DNA of 64,000 nucleotides from an uncultured Acidobacteriota bacterium (GCA_963700695.1 CAVOYO010000019.1:8238-72237), one strand, 5' to 3'. Shown: positions 34,611-44,491, counted from the stretch's first letter. A program made the numbers and translations. Notes: generated by a model not told the origin, from the sequence alone.

Positions 34611-35567
34611 ATGCCACACGAGGCCGCGGGACCGCTCGGCGGTCTCCTGGGCCGCTCTGCGGCCATGGAGGATCTGCGGTCGGAGATCATGAAGTACGGA
34701 CCCAGCGAGCTGCGCATTCACGTCCACGGGGAGACGGGAACCGGGAAGGAGCGGGTGGCGCGTGCGCTGCACGCACTCTCGTCCAGGGCCCGCGGCCCCT
34801 TCGTCCCCTTCAATGCCGCCGGCTTCTCGGACGAGCTGGTCGAGGCCGAGCTGTTCGGACACACGCGGGGAGCCTTCACCGGGGCCCTGCTGGCGCGCGA
34901 GGGGTACGTGGCCGCGGCCGAGCACGGGACGCTCTTCCTGGATGAGGTCGCGGAGCTGAGTCCCCGGGCCCAGGCGAAGCTGCTGCGCTTCCTCGAGGAG
35001 CGCGAGTACCACCGGCTCGGAGAGACGGTGCCGCGCCGCGCAGATGTGCGAGTGCTGAGCGCCACCAACGTCGATCTCGGCCAACGCGTTCGAGAGGGCC
35101 GCTTCCGCCAGGACCTGTGGTACCGGCTGCAGGAGCACCGCGTGCTCCTCCCGCCGCTGAGGGAGCGGGGAGGGGACGTGCTCCTTCTGGCTCGGCACTT
35201 CCTGCGCCAGGAGGAGCGGCCGTCGGGGACGCTGCCTCCCCGGCTGAGCAGGGAGGCCGAGACCGCGATCGCGCGGTTCACGTGGCCGGGCAACGTGCGA
35301 CAGCTGGCCAACGAGATGCGTCGCCTGGTCGTGACCGCGACGGACGGGGTGGTGCTCCTGGAGCATCTCTCGGACGAGGTTCGCGCGTCGCTGCGGGTGC
35401 CCGCCGGCTGTCTCCGCTCCAAGATGTCGGCCGTCGAGAGGAAGATCCTGCGGGAGGCCCTCGCGCGGAACGGAGGCGTTCGGACCGCGACCGCCGCCGA
35501 GCTGGGGATCACACGGCAAGCGCTCGTCAACAAGATCCGCCGCCTGGGCGTCTTGGCAGAGGGCTAG
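34611..35567 (+). CDS. Sigma54-dependent enhancer-binding protein (AAA+ plus Fis HTH), no N-terminal sensor domain
   Basis: GETGTGKE, ELFGHTRGAFTGA, LFLDEV, WPGNVRQL, C-terminal HTH. Confidence 0.9.
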   Translation: MPHEAAGPLGGLLGRSAAMEDLRSEIMKYGPSELRIHVHGETGTGKERVARALHALSSRARGPFVPFNAAGFSDELVEAELFGHTRGAFTGALLAREGYVAAAEHGTLFLDEVAELSPRAQAKLLRFLEEREYHRLGETVPRRADVRVLSATNVDLGQRVREGRFRQDLWYRLQEHRVLLPPLRERGGDVLLLARHFLRQEERPSGTLPPRLSREAETAIARFTWPGNVRQLANEMRRLVVTATDGVVLLEHLSDEVRASLRVPAGCLRSKMSAVERKILREALARNGGVRTATAAELGITRQALVNKIRRLGVLAEG

Positions 35568-35572
35568 CGCCG

Positions 35573-35859
35573 TGTCACCGGAGTTGTGTCAAATCCTCTG
35601 GAGCGTTCGGCGCTCGGCGGCCACTGTCAATCATCGACCCCCCACCCTCCCCACGTAGGGGAGGGAAATGCCTGAGATAGGCCATGGACACCCGCGTGTC
35701 CCCAGGGAAGGGACACGCGGGCGAGCTGGGCCTGGCGGCCAGCCGCACTCGTGCGCTCCGGAAGCGACCAGCTTCGAAGTACAGCCGCGTCCTCGCCGGG
35801 GCCCCGCCCGCCGAGCCCCTCGCCGCGCCGTCGGCCGTGTTCGCAGGACTTCAGTGACG
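35573..35859. repeat. Family 2 element with a nested family 1 repeat (copy C, ~35630-35750)
   Basis: Ends tgtcaccggagttgtgt / ggacttcagtgac; interior ccctccccacgtaggggaggg and cccgcgtgtccccagggaagggacacgcggg. Confidence 0.75.
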
Positions 35860-35943
35860 CACGATTGACCGGGTTCCCGCGGGTCGCCAGAGCCTGCCGC
35901 CGGGTTCAGGCAGCGAGCGACACGGTGCTATCCTCGCGCGCCT

Positions 35944-37533
35944 TTGATCCTGGGGGAGGGGACGGTGGTCGAGCAGACGCCAAAGCGGCTGGGCACCTGG
36001 GGCAGCCTGCGTTCCGTCGCGGGGAGCTGGCGGCTGCTGTCGGTGAGCCTGCTGTCCTTCGCGTCGGGGCTGCCACTCGGCCTGGTCTGGATCGCCATCC
36101 CGACCTGGATGGCCCGGGCCGGGGTCGACATCAAGGTCATCGGTCTCTTCACCCTCGCCCAGGCCCCCTGGAGCTTCAAGCTCCTGTGGTCGCCGTCGAT
36201 GGACCGCTACCCGCCCCCGTTCCTCGGGAGGAAGCGGGGCTGGATCCTGGTCGGCCAGATCGCTCTCTTCGCCCTCGGCCTCGCCCTGGCCGGTGTGTCC
36301 GACCACCCGGAAGCGGTCTGGGTGATCGGGGCGTTCGCCCTCGCGATCGCGTTCGCGTCGGCTTCTCAGGACATCGCCTACGACGGCTACGCGGTCGAGG
36401 TTCTTCGAAAGGAAGAGCACGGGATGGCCACCGGCGCGCGCGTCGCCTTCTACCGGGCGGCGATGCTGGTTTCCGGCGGTCTCGCGATCACCCTGGCCGC
36501 GGAGATCTCCTGGGCCTCCGTCAACCTCCTGCTCGCCTTCCTCTATCTGCCCTTCATGGTGGTGACCTGGTTCGCGCCCGAGCCCGAGTCCGTCCCCGAG
36601 CCGCCGCGGACGCTGCGGGATGCCGTGTTCGGGCCGTTCGTGGGGCTTCTGGCGAAGCACCGGGCCCTCGAGATCCTCGGCTTCGTCGTGCTCTACAAGC
36701 TCAGCGACAACCTCACCCAGGCCCTCACCCGGCCCTTCCTGGTCCAGGTGGGCTTCAACGACTTCGACGTCGGGGTGGCCACCGCCACGATCGGTCAGGC
36801 CGCGGTCATCGGCGGGACGCTCGTCGGGGCGCTCCTCACGAACCGACTCGGTCTCGGCCGGGCGCTCTGGATCTTCGGCTTCCTGCAGCTGTTCTCGAAC
36901 CTCGGGTACGCCGCCGTTGCCCACGTGGGCGTGAACCGCCCACTGATGTACGCCGCGCAGGCGTTCGAGCTGGGCTCGAGCGGTCTCGGGACGGGGGCCT
37001 TCGGCGTCCTGCTGCTGCGCCTCACCCAGAAGCGATTCTCCGCCACGCAGTACGCGCTGCTGTCGAGCCTGTTCACCCTTCCGCGCATCCTGGCCGGCCC
37101 CGCCGCCGGCGTCCTCGCGGACACGATGGGGTGGCGCGATTTCTTCATCGCCACCGTCCTGTTCGGTGTGCCGGGGATGGTGATGCTCGCGCGTTTCGTG
37201 CCGTGGGGCGTCAGGGAGCCGGTCTTCACGGTCGAGAGCGTCCCGCACGGGGCCCCCCTCACGCGGGGTCAGCTGATCCGGCGCTCGGCGGCGGGAGCCC
37301 TCGTGGCCTGGGCGGCGGGAGTGATGGCGGTCGGCCTCGTAGGAGCCCTGCGCAGCCTGCGCGCGGGGGAGGGCTTCGACCTCCTGACCCCGGTCCGGGA
37401 CGTCCTCCTTCCCGCCACCCTGGGAGGCTGGACGACGGCAGTCGGCGTCGGGGTCTTCGGCCTCCTCGCCGGCCTCGCCACCGGTGCTCTCCTCGTGGCG
37501 CGTCGTACGGTCCACGACGACGCCGGGGGATGA
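35944..37533 (+). CDS. ampG: AmpG-family muropeptide MFS transporter
   Basis: SFASGLP, PWSFKLLWSP.MDRY..PFLGRKRGW, SASQDIAYDGY, FSATQYALLSSL. Confidence 0.88.
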   Translation: MILGEGTVVEQTPKRLGTWGSLRSVAGSWRLLSVSLLSFASGLPLGLVWIAIPTWMARAGVDIKVIGLFTLAQAPWSFKLLWSPSMDRYPPPFLGRKRGWILVGQIALFALGLALAGVSDHPEAVWVIGAFALAIAFASASQDIAYDGYAVEVLRKEEHGMATGARVAFYRAAMLVSGGLAITLAAEISWASVNLLLAFLYLPFMVVTWFAPEPESVPEPPRTLRDAVFGPFVGLLAKHRALEILGFVVLYKLSDNLTQALTRPFLVQVGFNDFDVGVATATIGQAAVIGGTLVGALLTNRLGLGRALWIFGFLQLFSNLGYAAVAHVGVNRPLMYAAQAFELGSSGLGTGAFGVLLLRLTQKRFSATQYALLSSLFTLPRILAGPAAGVLADTMGWRDFFIATVLFGVPGMVMLARFVPWGVREPVFTVESVPHGAPLTRGQLIRRSAAGALVAWAAGVMAVGLVGALRSLRAGEGFDLLTPVRDVLLPATLGGWTTAVGVGVFGLLAGLATGALLVARRTVHDDAGG

Positions 37534-37625
37534 AACCGACCCGTTCGGACGTAACATCTGCAGGACGAGGGAACCCGCCGGAGGTCTGGGTGTCCAAGCT
37601 TGTGGATCGTAGCGGAGAGTTCGGA

Positions 37626-38264
37626 ATGAGCGCGGGAGAGATTCCGCTCGAGGCCGCGGGGCGTGCGACCGGTCGGGCTGCCGACGTCGTGCTCGTGGCG
37701 CGGTGCCGACACGGGGAGGAGGAGGCCTTCGCCCGTCTCGTCGCCCTTCACGAGGGGATGGTGTTCAACCTCGCTGCGCGGCTTCTCGGCGACGACGAGG
37801 AGGCCCGCGACGTCGCCCAGAATGTCTTCCTGCACGTGTACCGCAAGCTGGGCCAGTTCGAGGGGCGAAGCAGCCTTCGGACCTGGATCTATCGGATCAC
37901 CGTGAACCAGTGCCACAACCGCCGCCGCTGGTGGCAGAGCCGCCGGAAGGAGAAGGAGGAGCCCCTCGATGACGTGGCGGCTGGACCCAACGCCATTCGC
38001 CTGGCCGACGGGAGGCCCGAGAGCAGCCCGTTCGCCCAGACGCATCGCCGCGAGCGCGCCCGCCGTGTGCAGGAGGCGCTCTTGCAGCTGAGCTTCGATC
38101 ACCGCGCGGTGCTGGTGCTGCGGGAGATCGAGGGACAGTCTTGCGAGGCGATCGCAGACGCGCTTGGAATCGCCGCGGGCACGGTCAAGAGCCGGCTCTC
38201 GCGCGCACGCGAGGCGCTGCGGAAGCGGCTGGCCGATGTGATCGGAAAGGGCGAACAGGGATGA
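37626..38264 (+). CDS. ECF sigma factor (sigma70 group 4)
   Basis: AFARLV..H...VFNLA, DVAQNVF, SLRTWIYRITVN, GTVKSRLSRAR. Confidence 0.9.
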   Translation: MSAGEIPLEAAGRATGRAADVVLVARCRHGEEEAFARLVALHEGMVFNLAARLLGDDEEARDVAQNVFLHVYRKLGQFEGRSSLRTWIYRITVNQCHNRRRWWQSRRKEKEEPLDDVAAGPNAIRLADGRPESSPFAQTHRRERARRVQEALLQLSFDHRAVLVLREIEGQSCEAIADALGIAAGTVKSRLSRAREALRKRLADVIGKGEQG

Positions 38265-38977
38265 GGTGCGCATTCGTCCGAGGTCGGCTCTCGGCCTGGA
38301 TCGACGGAGACCTCCCGCCCGCCACCGCGGGCGCGGTGAGCGCCCATCTCGGCAGCTGCCAGGGGTGCGGGCAGAGGGCGGCGGAGCTGCGTGGCGTCTC
38401 GCAGCTCCTGGGCGAGCTGCCGCGGCTGGAGGCCGCCGAGTCTGTCGCTCAGGAAGTGCTCACGCGACTGGAAGTCGAGACGCGCGGGCCGGGCCTCGGC
38501 ATGCTCCTTCGGCGCTTCGGGGCGGCGAGACCCTTGATCATGCCCAGTCTGGTGCCCGCTGCCCTGGTGTTGGTCACCGTCCTCTCCGCCGCGCTGGCCC
38601 TCGACTCGGGCGCTCATCCGCGCCTCCCCGCGAGCATCGCCTCCTGGGGCGTCGTCCCCGCCCTGGGGACCGAGAGCAACCCGCGGTTCCCTTCCACCGG
38701 CGTAGGCCTGCCCCGCGAGCGTGACGGTGGGCGCCTCGCCGCGGACGCAGTGCTCGCCGGGGCCGGGGAAGAATCGCTCTTCGTCGAGACCGTGGTGGCA
38801 CGAGACGGCACGGTTTCGACCGTGACCCTCCTCGAAGGGAACGCCGAGCAGGCGGGCCCGCTCCTCGACGCGCTGCGCCAGCTGCGATACGAGCCGCCCC
38901 GGTATCGGGGCCGCCCGGTCGCGGTGAGCGTCTACCGACTGATCAGCCACACGGACGTCGGCCTCCCGCAGACCTGA
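38261..38977 (+). CDS. Zinc-finger (zf-HC2) anti-sigma factor with TM helix and TonB-C-like C-terminus
   Basis: HLGSCQGC motif; hydrophobic segment; VARDGTV...DALRQLRYEP..YRGRPVAV. Confidence 0.8.
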   Translation: MRCAFVRGRLSAWIDGDLPPATAGAVSAHLGSCQGCGQRAAELRGVSQLLGELPRLEAAESVAQEVLTRLEVETRGPGLGMLLRRFGAARPLIMPSLVPAALVLVTVLSAALALDSGAHPRLPASIASWGVVPALGTESNPRFPSTGVGLPRERDGGRLAADAVLAGAGEESLFVETVVARDGTVSTVTLLEGNAEQAGPLLDALRQLRYEPPRYRGRPVAVSVYRLISHTDVGLPQT

Positions 38978-39005
38978 GAGCGGAGCGCCCAGGCGCCTCC
39001 GGCTT

Positions 39006-39145
39006 GATTGAGCAAGTGCGGGTGGTCACCAGGCCTAGGCTCGCCCGCGTGTCCCTTCCCTGGGGACACGCGGGTGTACGGGGCCTATCTCGGGCATTTC
39101 CCTCCCCTCCGTGGGGAGGGATAGGGTGGGGGGTCGATGAACGAT
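39006..39145. repeat. Family 1 repeat, copy D (inverted)
   Basis: caccaggcctaggctcgcccgcgtgtcccttccctggggacacgcggg...gtggggagggatagggtggggggtcgatgaacg. Confidence 0.88.
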
Positions 39146-39210
39146 TGTGCACGCCGAGCCCAGCCTGAGGTTCCGCGCCGCAGAGACACGGACGACTTCG
39201 GGAGACGACA

Positions 39211-40134
39211 CTAGTAGAGGGAGCCCGACGCTCGCTTGGCCCTCAGCATTCGACCCGCCGCGGCGTGCACGACAGCGAGGTCGAGCCCCTTCATCTTCTT
39301 GTCGGGGGAGCGGACCGTCTCGACCGCCGGACCCACGGGGGCCCACACGGCGGGGTCGGTCGGCCCGAACAGCGCGAGCGTTGGCGCACCCGCCGCGGCG
39401 GCGAGGTGGCTGACGCCCGAGTCGTTGCCGACGTAGAGCCCCGCCTGCGCGAGCAGCGCGCCCAGCACGCGGATCGGCACATCGCGCAGGGGCAGGGCGC
39501 CCGGGAGCCGACAGAGGGGGGCCGCCGCCTCCTCGTCCGCGGGGCCGATCACGAGGAGCCACGGCCGCCCGCGCCCGTGGGCGTCCGAGAGGGCGGCAAA
39601 CCGTTCGGCCGGCCAGTTCTTCGCCGGAGACCCGCTCCCGGGGTGAATGGCGAGGAAGCCCGGCGACAGGGACGGGCCGGCCGCCTGCGCGGCTCGCCGT
39701 TCTTCCGGTCTGAAGACGAGCGTCGCCGGCTCGGACATTGGATCGCCTCCGAGTCCCCGCGCGGGGGCGGCAAGCCAGATCGAGGCGTGCGGGCCCGGTT
39801 GCGGGTGGGGCGACCGGGCGAAGACCCGTGAGGCGAGGGGCCGGAGTCGGGCACGGAGGTCGGCGCTGTCCGTGAACGCGAGGACGGCGTCGGCGCGGAG
39901 CGCGTCTGCGAGTGGAGGGGCGGCGGACTCGCCGGCCATCAACCGCGCCATCTCCGGGCCATCCAGGGGGGTGAGGCTCGCGACCTCCGAAGGACCGGCG
40001 CCGACGAGGGCACGCCCGGGGCCGGAGGGGGCCAGGAGGCGGACGCGGTGGCCCGCACCCCGCAGCGCCGCCACCGCGCGGCGGAGGAGGAGCACGTCGC
40101 CGAGCGCGCCCGCCCGCACCAGGAGAACGTCCAG
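39211..40134 (-). CDS. Glycosyltransferase family 9 (heptosyltransferase-like); start approximate
   Basis: VRAGALGDVLL, AIHPGSGSPAKNWP, YVGNDSGVSHLAAA, ALFGPTDP..WAP. Confidence 0.85.
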   Translation of the reverse strand: MDVLLVRAGALGDVLLLRRAVAALRGAGHRVRLLAPSGPGRALVGAGPSEVASLTPLDGPEMARLMAGESAAPPLADALRADAVLAFTDSADLRARLRPLASRVFARSPHPQPGPHASIWLAAPARGLGGDPMSEPATLVFRPEERRAAQAAGPSLSPGFLAIHPGSGSPAKNWPAERFAALSDAHGRGRPWLLVIGPADEEAAAPLCRLPGALPLRDVPIRVLGALLAQAGLYVGNDSGVSHLAAAAGAPTLALFGPTDPAVWAPVGPAVETVRSPDKKMKGLDLAVVHAAAGRMLRAKRASGSLY

Positions 40135-40150
40135 GGCCGCGTGCTCCGCG

Positions 40151-42385
40151 TCAGGGCACGTCGACGCGGCCGGTGGCGACGTTGCCCAACCGGTCGAAGA
40201 CGCGCAGGACGACGACGTGGGGCCCGACGCCCCCGGTCGAGGGGATGGCGAACTCGTAGGACTCCTCGCTCGAGTCGTTGATGCCGTCGAGGGGGTACAC
40301 CTGCTGCCAACGGCCGGCATCGACGGAGAACTCCAGGCGCTGGATCCGGCTCCCGGCGTCGCGCGCCGTCGCCCGGACCCGGTCGGTGCTTCCGGAGACA
40401 AAGGAGGCGACGAGCGTCGGCGGGGCATTGTCGACCTCGAAAGAGACGGAGTCCTTGTGTCCGGTCAGGGCGAGCGCGGGGGGATTGTCCGGCGCGTCCG
40501 AGGCGGTCACGCGGACGACGTACCGCCCGTCGGGTATGGCGGTGGTGTCCCAGGCCAGGACGGGCTCGGTCAGACCTTTCCGAAGGACACGCCACTGGTC
40601 GTCCCGCAGGGCGCGATACTGCACGTCGTAGACGAGCACGTCGCGGTTCTCGTCTTCCGCGTTCCACACGAAGGTGCGCAGCCCTCTCCTGTGGAGAGCG
40701 CGGCTGAAGGCGGTGACGGACGGCGCATCGGGAGGCCGGCGGTCGCCGTCCCGCTCGCCGAGGGTGTCGGGCTCGAGCCCCAGGACCTCGGGCTCGGTGC
40801 TCACGGTGATCGGCTTCTGGAAAACATGGCCCGGGGGATGCACCGTGATGGAGGAGACCTGCGGACGCAGGTTGCGCTCCAGATAGGCCGCCGAGAGCGC
40901 CTCGATCTCGGGGGAGGTGTCGTCCCGGCCGACGAGGGTGAGCCGGATCTGGAGGAATCGGGCGCTCTCGCTTCGGATCGGGGCGCCGGGGGCGCCCGTC
41001 CCGGCCGGAGTCCACTCACCCCAGGTCGTGTCCGGAGCCGAGGTGTTGCCCGAACGGGTCTCGAGACGCACCCCCGTCCCGTCGGGTGCATCGCCCTCCC
41101 AGCGGACGCGACCCCACGCCGCCACGATCCGGGCGTCCTTGATGCCGGAAACGAATGTGCCCTCGGCGGCGTTGGCGGAGGAGAGGGTGAGGAGCCGCGC
41201 GGGATTCGAGGTGACCAGCGCCGCGGCTTCGCCATCCTGCGTGGCGATCCCGGTCACCTGTCGAGCGGGGAGGCTGGCGACGAGGGCCCAGCGGCCGTCG
41301 CGGTGGACGCGGAAGACCTTGCCCTCGTCGCCGGTGCCGACCAGGACCCCTCGCTCGGCCCGCGCCAGCGAGTGGGGCCTGTCGTCCTTCGAGCTCCAGA
41401 GCGTCTCGACCGTGCCCCTCGGATCGATGCGGAGGAGCGCCCCCTTGGCGGTGGCCGTCGAGGTTGCGGGCGGGGCATCGGCCAGGGTCAAAGGCGCGGC
41501 ACCCGGGGCGGGGACCACCGCGAAGCTTTCCGTGACCGTGACCTCGGCGCCGGGAGTGGCGATCGGAGCCGAAGGTCCGGCCGGTGCGGGTGGGGTCGAC
41601 GGACCCCCGTTGATGGCACCGACGTAAAGGCCTCCGTCCTCGCCGACGATCAGGGCCTTGATCTCGCGGAACGGCGAGTCGAGGAGAACGAAGACCTCGC
41701 CTCGCCGATCGATGCGATAGACGACGCCCTCGGGAGAGCTGCCCGCGTAGACCCGGCCGTCGTCGTCGAGGGCCAGCGCCAGCACGTGCGTGTCGGCCGA
41801 GCTCAAGATCAGCTCGGACGTCCCGTCGGGCCGGACGCGGTAGACGCGGCCCTCACCGCCGGTGGCCACGACGAGGTCACCTCGATCATCGAATGCCAGG
41901 GCCCAGATGTACGTCTCCTCGGGGTCGAAGAAGGAGCGAGCACCCCCATCGGCGTCGATGGCGTAGACCGCTCCGTCAGGCGAGGTCGCGGCGTAGACAC
42001 GGTCGTCGGGCCCCACCGCCACCGCGTGCACCTCGAGCTGCTCCGCGTCGAACAGCACGCGTCCCACTTCGCCCTCCACGCGAAACACCCGACCGTCGTT
42101 GCCGGTCCCGACGTACAGGACGCCCTCGTCGTCCCGCGAGACGCACCAGGCGTTCGGAGCCTCGGGATCGAACAGGGTCTCGATCGCCGGGCCCAGGCGC
42201 AGGCGGGCTTCGGAGTCCAGAGAGAGGTTCTCGATCTCCCCCTCGAGGAAGGCCGAGGTTCCCTCGAGCCTCCAGAACTCGGGAGCGGCGGCACCCGCGG
42301 CGGGGACCAGAAGAAGGGTGAAGACGAGCGCGAGCGCGGCTCGGTGGAGCATGGCGGTCCTCCGGGAGGAAAGGAGCGGGCTCAA
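40151..42385 (-). CDS. Secreted beta-propeller protein with C-terminal Ig/FN3-like domains, uncharacterised
   Basis: Signal peptide; repeated blades (LYVGTGNDGRVFRV, VYAATSPDGAVY, LVVATGGEGRVY, VYAGSSPEGVVY); WDTTAIPDGRY, VDNAPP. Confidence 0.75.
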   Translation of the reverse strand: MSPLLSSRRTAMLHRAALALVFTLLLVPAAGAAAPEFWRLEGTSAFLEGEIENLSLDSEARLRLGPAIETLFDPEAPNAWCVSRDDEGVLYVGTGNDGRVFRVEGEVGRVLFDAEQLEVHAVAVGPDDRVYAATSPDGAVYAIDADGGARSFFDPEETYIWALAFDDRGDLVVATGGEGRVYRVRPDGTSELILSSADTHVLALALDDDGRVYAGSSPEGVVYRIDRRGEVFVLLDSPFREIKALIVGEDGGLYVGAINGGPSTPPAPAGPSAPIATPGAEVTVTESFAVVPAPGAAPLTLADAPPATSTATAKGALLRIDPRGTVETLWSSKDDRPHSLARAERGVLVGTGDEGKVFRVHRDGRWALVASLPARQVTGIATQDGEAAALVTSNPARLLTLSSANAAEGTFVSGIKDARIVAAWGRVRWEGDAPDGTGVRLETRSGNTSAPDTTWGEWTPAGTGAPGAPIRSESARFLQIRLTLVGRDDTSPEIEALSAAYLERNLRPQVSSITVHPPGHVFQKPITVSTEPEVLGLEPDTLGERDGDRRPPDAPSVTAFSRALHRRGLRTFVWNAEDENRDVLVYDVQYRALRDDQWRVLRKGLTEPVLAWDTTAIPDGRYVVRVTASDAPDNPPALALTGHKDSVSFEVDNAPPTLVASFVSGSTDRVRATARDAGSRIQRLEFSVDAGRWQQVYPLDGINDSSEESYEFAIPSTGGVGPHVVVLRVFDRLGNVATGRVDVP

Positions 42386-44214
42386 CGCTCCACCTGGATG
42401 CTCAGGCGGCGGGCGCCCGAGATCGCGTGGTCGGTGGCTTTCTCTGCCTTCCAGACCGGCATCGTCCGCAGGGGAACGACGCTCGCTCCCTGGTCGGGGG
42501 CCTGCAGAACGGAGAGGACGGACCCGGGCAGCGAGGGCAGGTACTCGCCGCCCACGATCATGCCTTGACCCGGTCGGGTCAGACGGGCGTACAGACGGTG
42601 GCCCGACCTCAGCTCGTTGAGGGCGCGCAGCAGCTGATCGAGGTCGCGGTACACGAAGGGCTGCTGCATCTCCTGCTGCTCGAGGGCGTTGAACGTGGCG
42701 GCGTCCGCGACGAGCAGATCGTACGTGCCGGCCGAAGCGCTCACCGGGATGCGGAGGGGCAGGGAGTGGGTCACGGAGCCGCCACGGTGCGTCCGCAGGA
42801 GCACCTTCAACGTGGCGGTCGTTCCCGGTCGCAGGCGGCCGGAGTAGTCCAACCAGGCCCTCACGATCGTGGCGCTGCGTGCCTCCTCCTCGACCGCCAC
42901 GTCCACCTCGATGGATCGAACGGCCACCGTCTCGAATTCGTTGGCCACGAGCAAGGCCAGGGGGCCGGCCACGAGGGCGGCCGCGCGCGCGGCCGGCTCC
43001 CCGGTGGCGAGGACGTCCTCGACCCGCACCTCCTGCCCTCCCTCGAGAGCGAGACGGGCGTGGAGGCGGAGGGTCGTGGTTCCGAAGGCGCGCTCGTGAC
43101 CCTGCAGGACGGAGAGGAGGGACACGTAGGCGAGCACCGGCGTGAAGAGCTCGTCCCGGACGATGCGGAAGCGGAACGTGCGTTCTCCTCTCCGGGCCGA
43201 GTGGAGGCGCACCTCCGAGGCGATCATGGACGGAAAGCTGCCCAGCCGACCGGCGATCGCGCTCGCGCGGTCCTGCTCAACGGTCCCGACGGCGTCGAGC
43301 GCGGCCGCGATCTTCCACGAAGCCTGCAGGCTCGGGTAGACGGAGTAGACGTAGGCCTTCTTCATCGGGAACTGCGTGGGCCCGAGGTTGTACAGGGGGT
43401 GTCCGAACGCGTAGACACGGCCCTGGTCGATGTGGGTGACGGTGCCGGTGGCCGAGAGATCGAGGTCGCCCTCGATGAGCGAGACGCCCACCGCGGCCCC
43501 CGGCACCAGATCGGGCAGGGGCCCGACGGTCTCGTCGGCGGAGCCGCCGGAGCCGAGAACCGGCACGAAGCCCATCGACGAGAAGACGTGTCGAGCCCAC
43601 TCGAAGGCCGAGGGCTCGAAGCCCGAGAAGACGAGAGGCAGGGCGAGGGGGCTCAGGCTGGCGCCGGCCAGCCGTGGCGGCAGGGCCTCGCCCCGGAACG
43701 GGCCCGCCACGATCGCCCGCTGCGGGCGCTCGACGGCGGCAGCCACCGCCTCCCGGTCGAGGGGGGCGGCCAGACCCCCCGGGCCCAGGACGGGCTTGAA
43801 GCGCGCGGAGCTCGCGCGCGGGGTCGCCACCCTCGTGGCTTCGATCATGTCGCCGATGGGGGTGATCCCGGCGATGGGCTCCTTGCCGAATGGAAAGGAG
43901 TACGCCACCGCGCCCACGAGCTTTCCGTCGACGAAGACGGGGCTGCCGCTCATGCCCCGGATGACCCCGGTCTCGGAGAGGGGACCGCCCGCGAGGCGGG
44001 CCAGTATGAGGCTCTGCCGCGGACCCGCCATGTTGTCGATGACGCCGAGGATGTGGACACCGAACTCCTCGACCCGGGACCCCTCGAAGACGGTGCGGCC
44101 CGTTCCGTCCATTCCCGGTCGCACCCGTTCGAGGGGAAGGATCTCGGCGGCTCCGGCACCCGCGGACGCGAGGAGGACGGCAAGAAGGACGGCCGACGGC
44201 GAGGGGCGACTCAT
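42382..44214 (-). CDS. SpoIVB-like peptidase S55 domain protein
   Basis: Signal peptide; GVIRGMSGSPVFVDGKLVGAVAY; ATGTVT..D..RVYAFGHP. Confidence 0.85.
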   Translation of the reverse strand: MSRPSPSAVLLAVLLASAGAGAAEILPLERVRPGMDGTGRTVFEGSRVEEFGVHILGVIDNMAGPRQSLILARLAGGPLSETGVIRGMSGSPVFVDGKLVGAVAYSFPFGKEPIAGITPIGDMIEATRVATPRASSARFKPVLGPGGLAAPLDREAVAAAVERPQRAIVAGPFRGEALPPRLAGASLSPLALPLVFSGFEPSAFEWARHVFSSMGFVPVLGSGGSADETVGPLPDLVPGAAVGVSLIEGDLDLSATGTVTHIDQGRVYAFGHPLYNLGPTQFPMKKAYVYSVYPSLQASWKIAAALDAVGTVEQDRASAIAGRLGSFPSMIASEVRLHSARRGERTFRFRIVRDELFTPVLAYVSLLSVLQGHERAFGTTTLRLHARLALEGGQEVRVEDVLATGEPAARAAALVAGPLALLVANEFETVAVRSIEVDVAVEEEARSATIVRAWLDYSGRLRPGTTATLKVLLRTHRGGSVTHSLPLRIPVSASAGTYDLLVADAATFNALEQQEMQQPFVYRDLDQLLRALNELRSGHRLYARLTRPGQGMIVGGEYLPSLPGSVLSVLQAPDQGASVVPLRTMPVWKAEKATDHAISGARRLSIQVER

Positions 44215-44323
44215 GTTGAAACCATGTTAGCCCCGATCCCACATTCTCTGGGCGGTGGGCATGCCTGGTCGCGATGCCGAATCGGGGTGAGGGGCCCCGG
44301 CTCGTTCTCGAGACGGACCTTCT

Positions 44324-44403
44324 TCTGTCGGAGGCGACGCTGTCGCGTCGCGGCGTACACTCGGGGTTGACGCTCGTCTCGCCAGCTCGACTTCGCATCC
44401 CCG
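44324..44403. repeat. Family 1 repeat, partial copy E (inverted)
   Basis: ctgtcggaggcgacgc...actcggggttgacgctcgtctcgccagctcgacttcgcatcccc matches 61337-61415 and the reverse complement of 23478-23555. Confidence 0.8.
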
Positions 44404-44491
44404 AGCGTCTTGACCGTGTAGAGTCGCGCCGGTACGATCGGCCGGTTGGGCCGAACGACGAGCCGCCCCGTAGCAACGAGGAGAAATATCT

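Noticed and set aside
35751-38264. 837-aa ORF ending in an ECF sigma domain
   Set aside because: The first ~625 aa are an alternative frame overlapping ampG; the sigma factor starts near 37626
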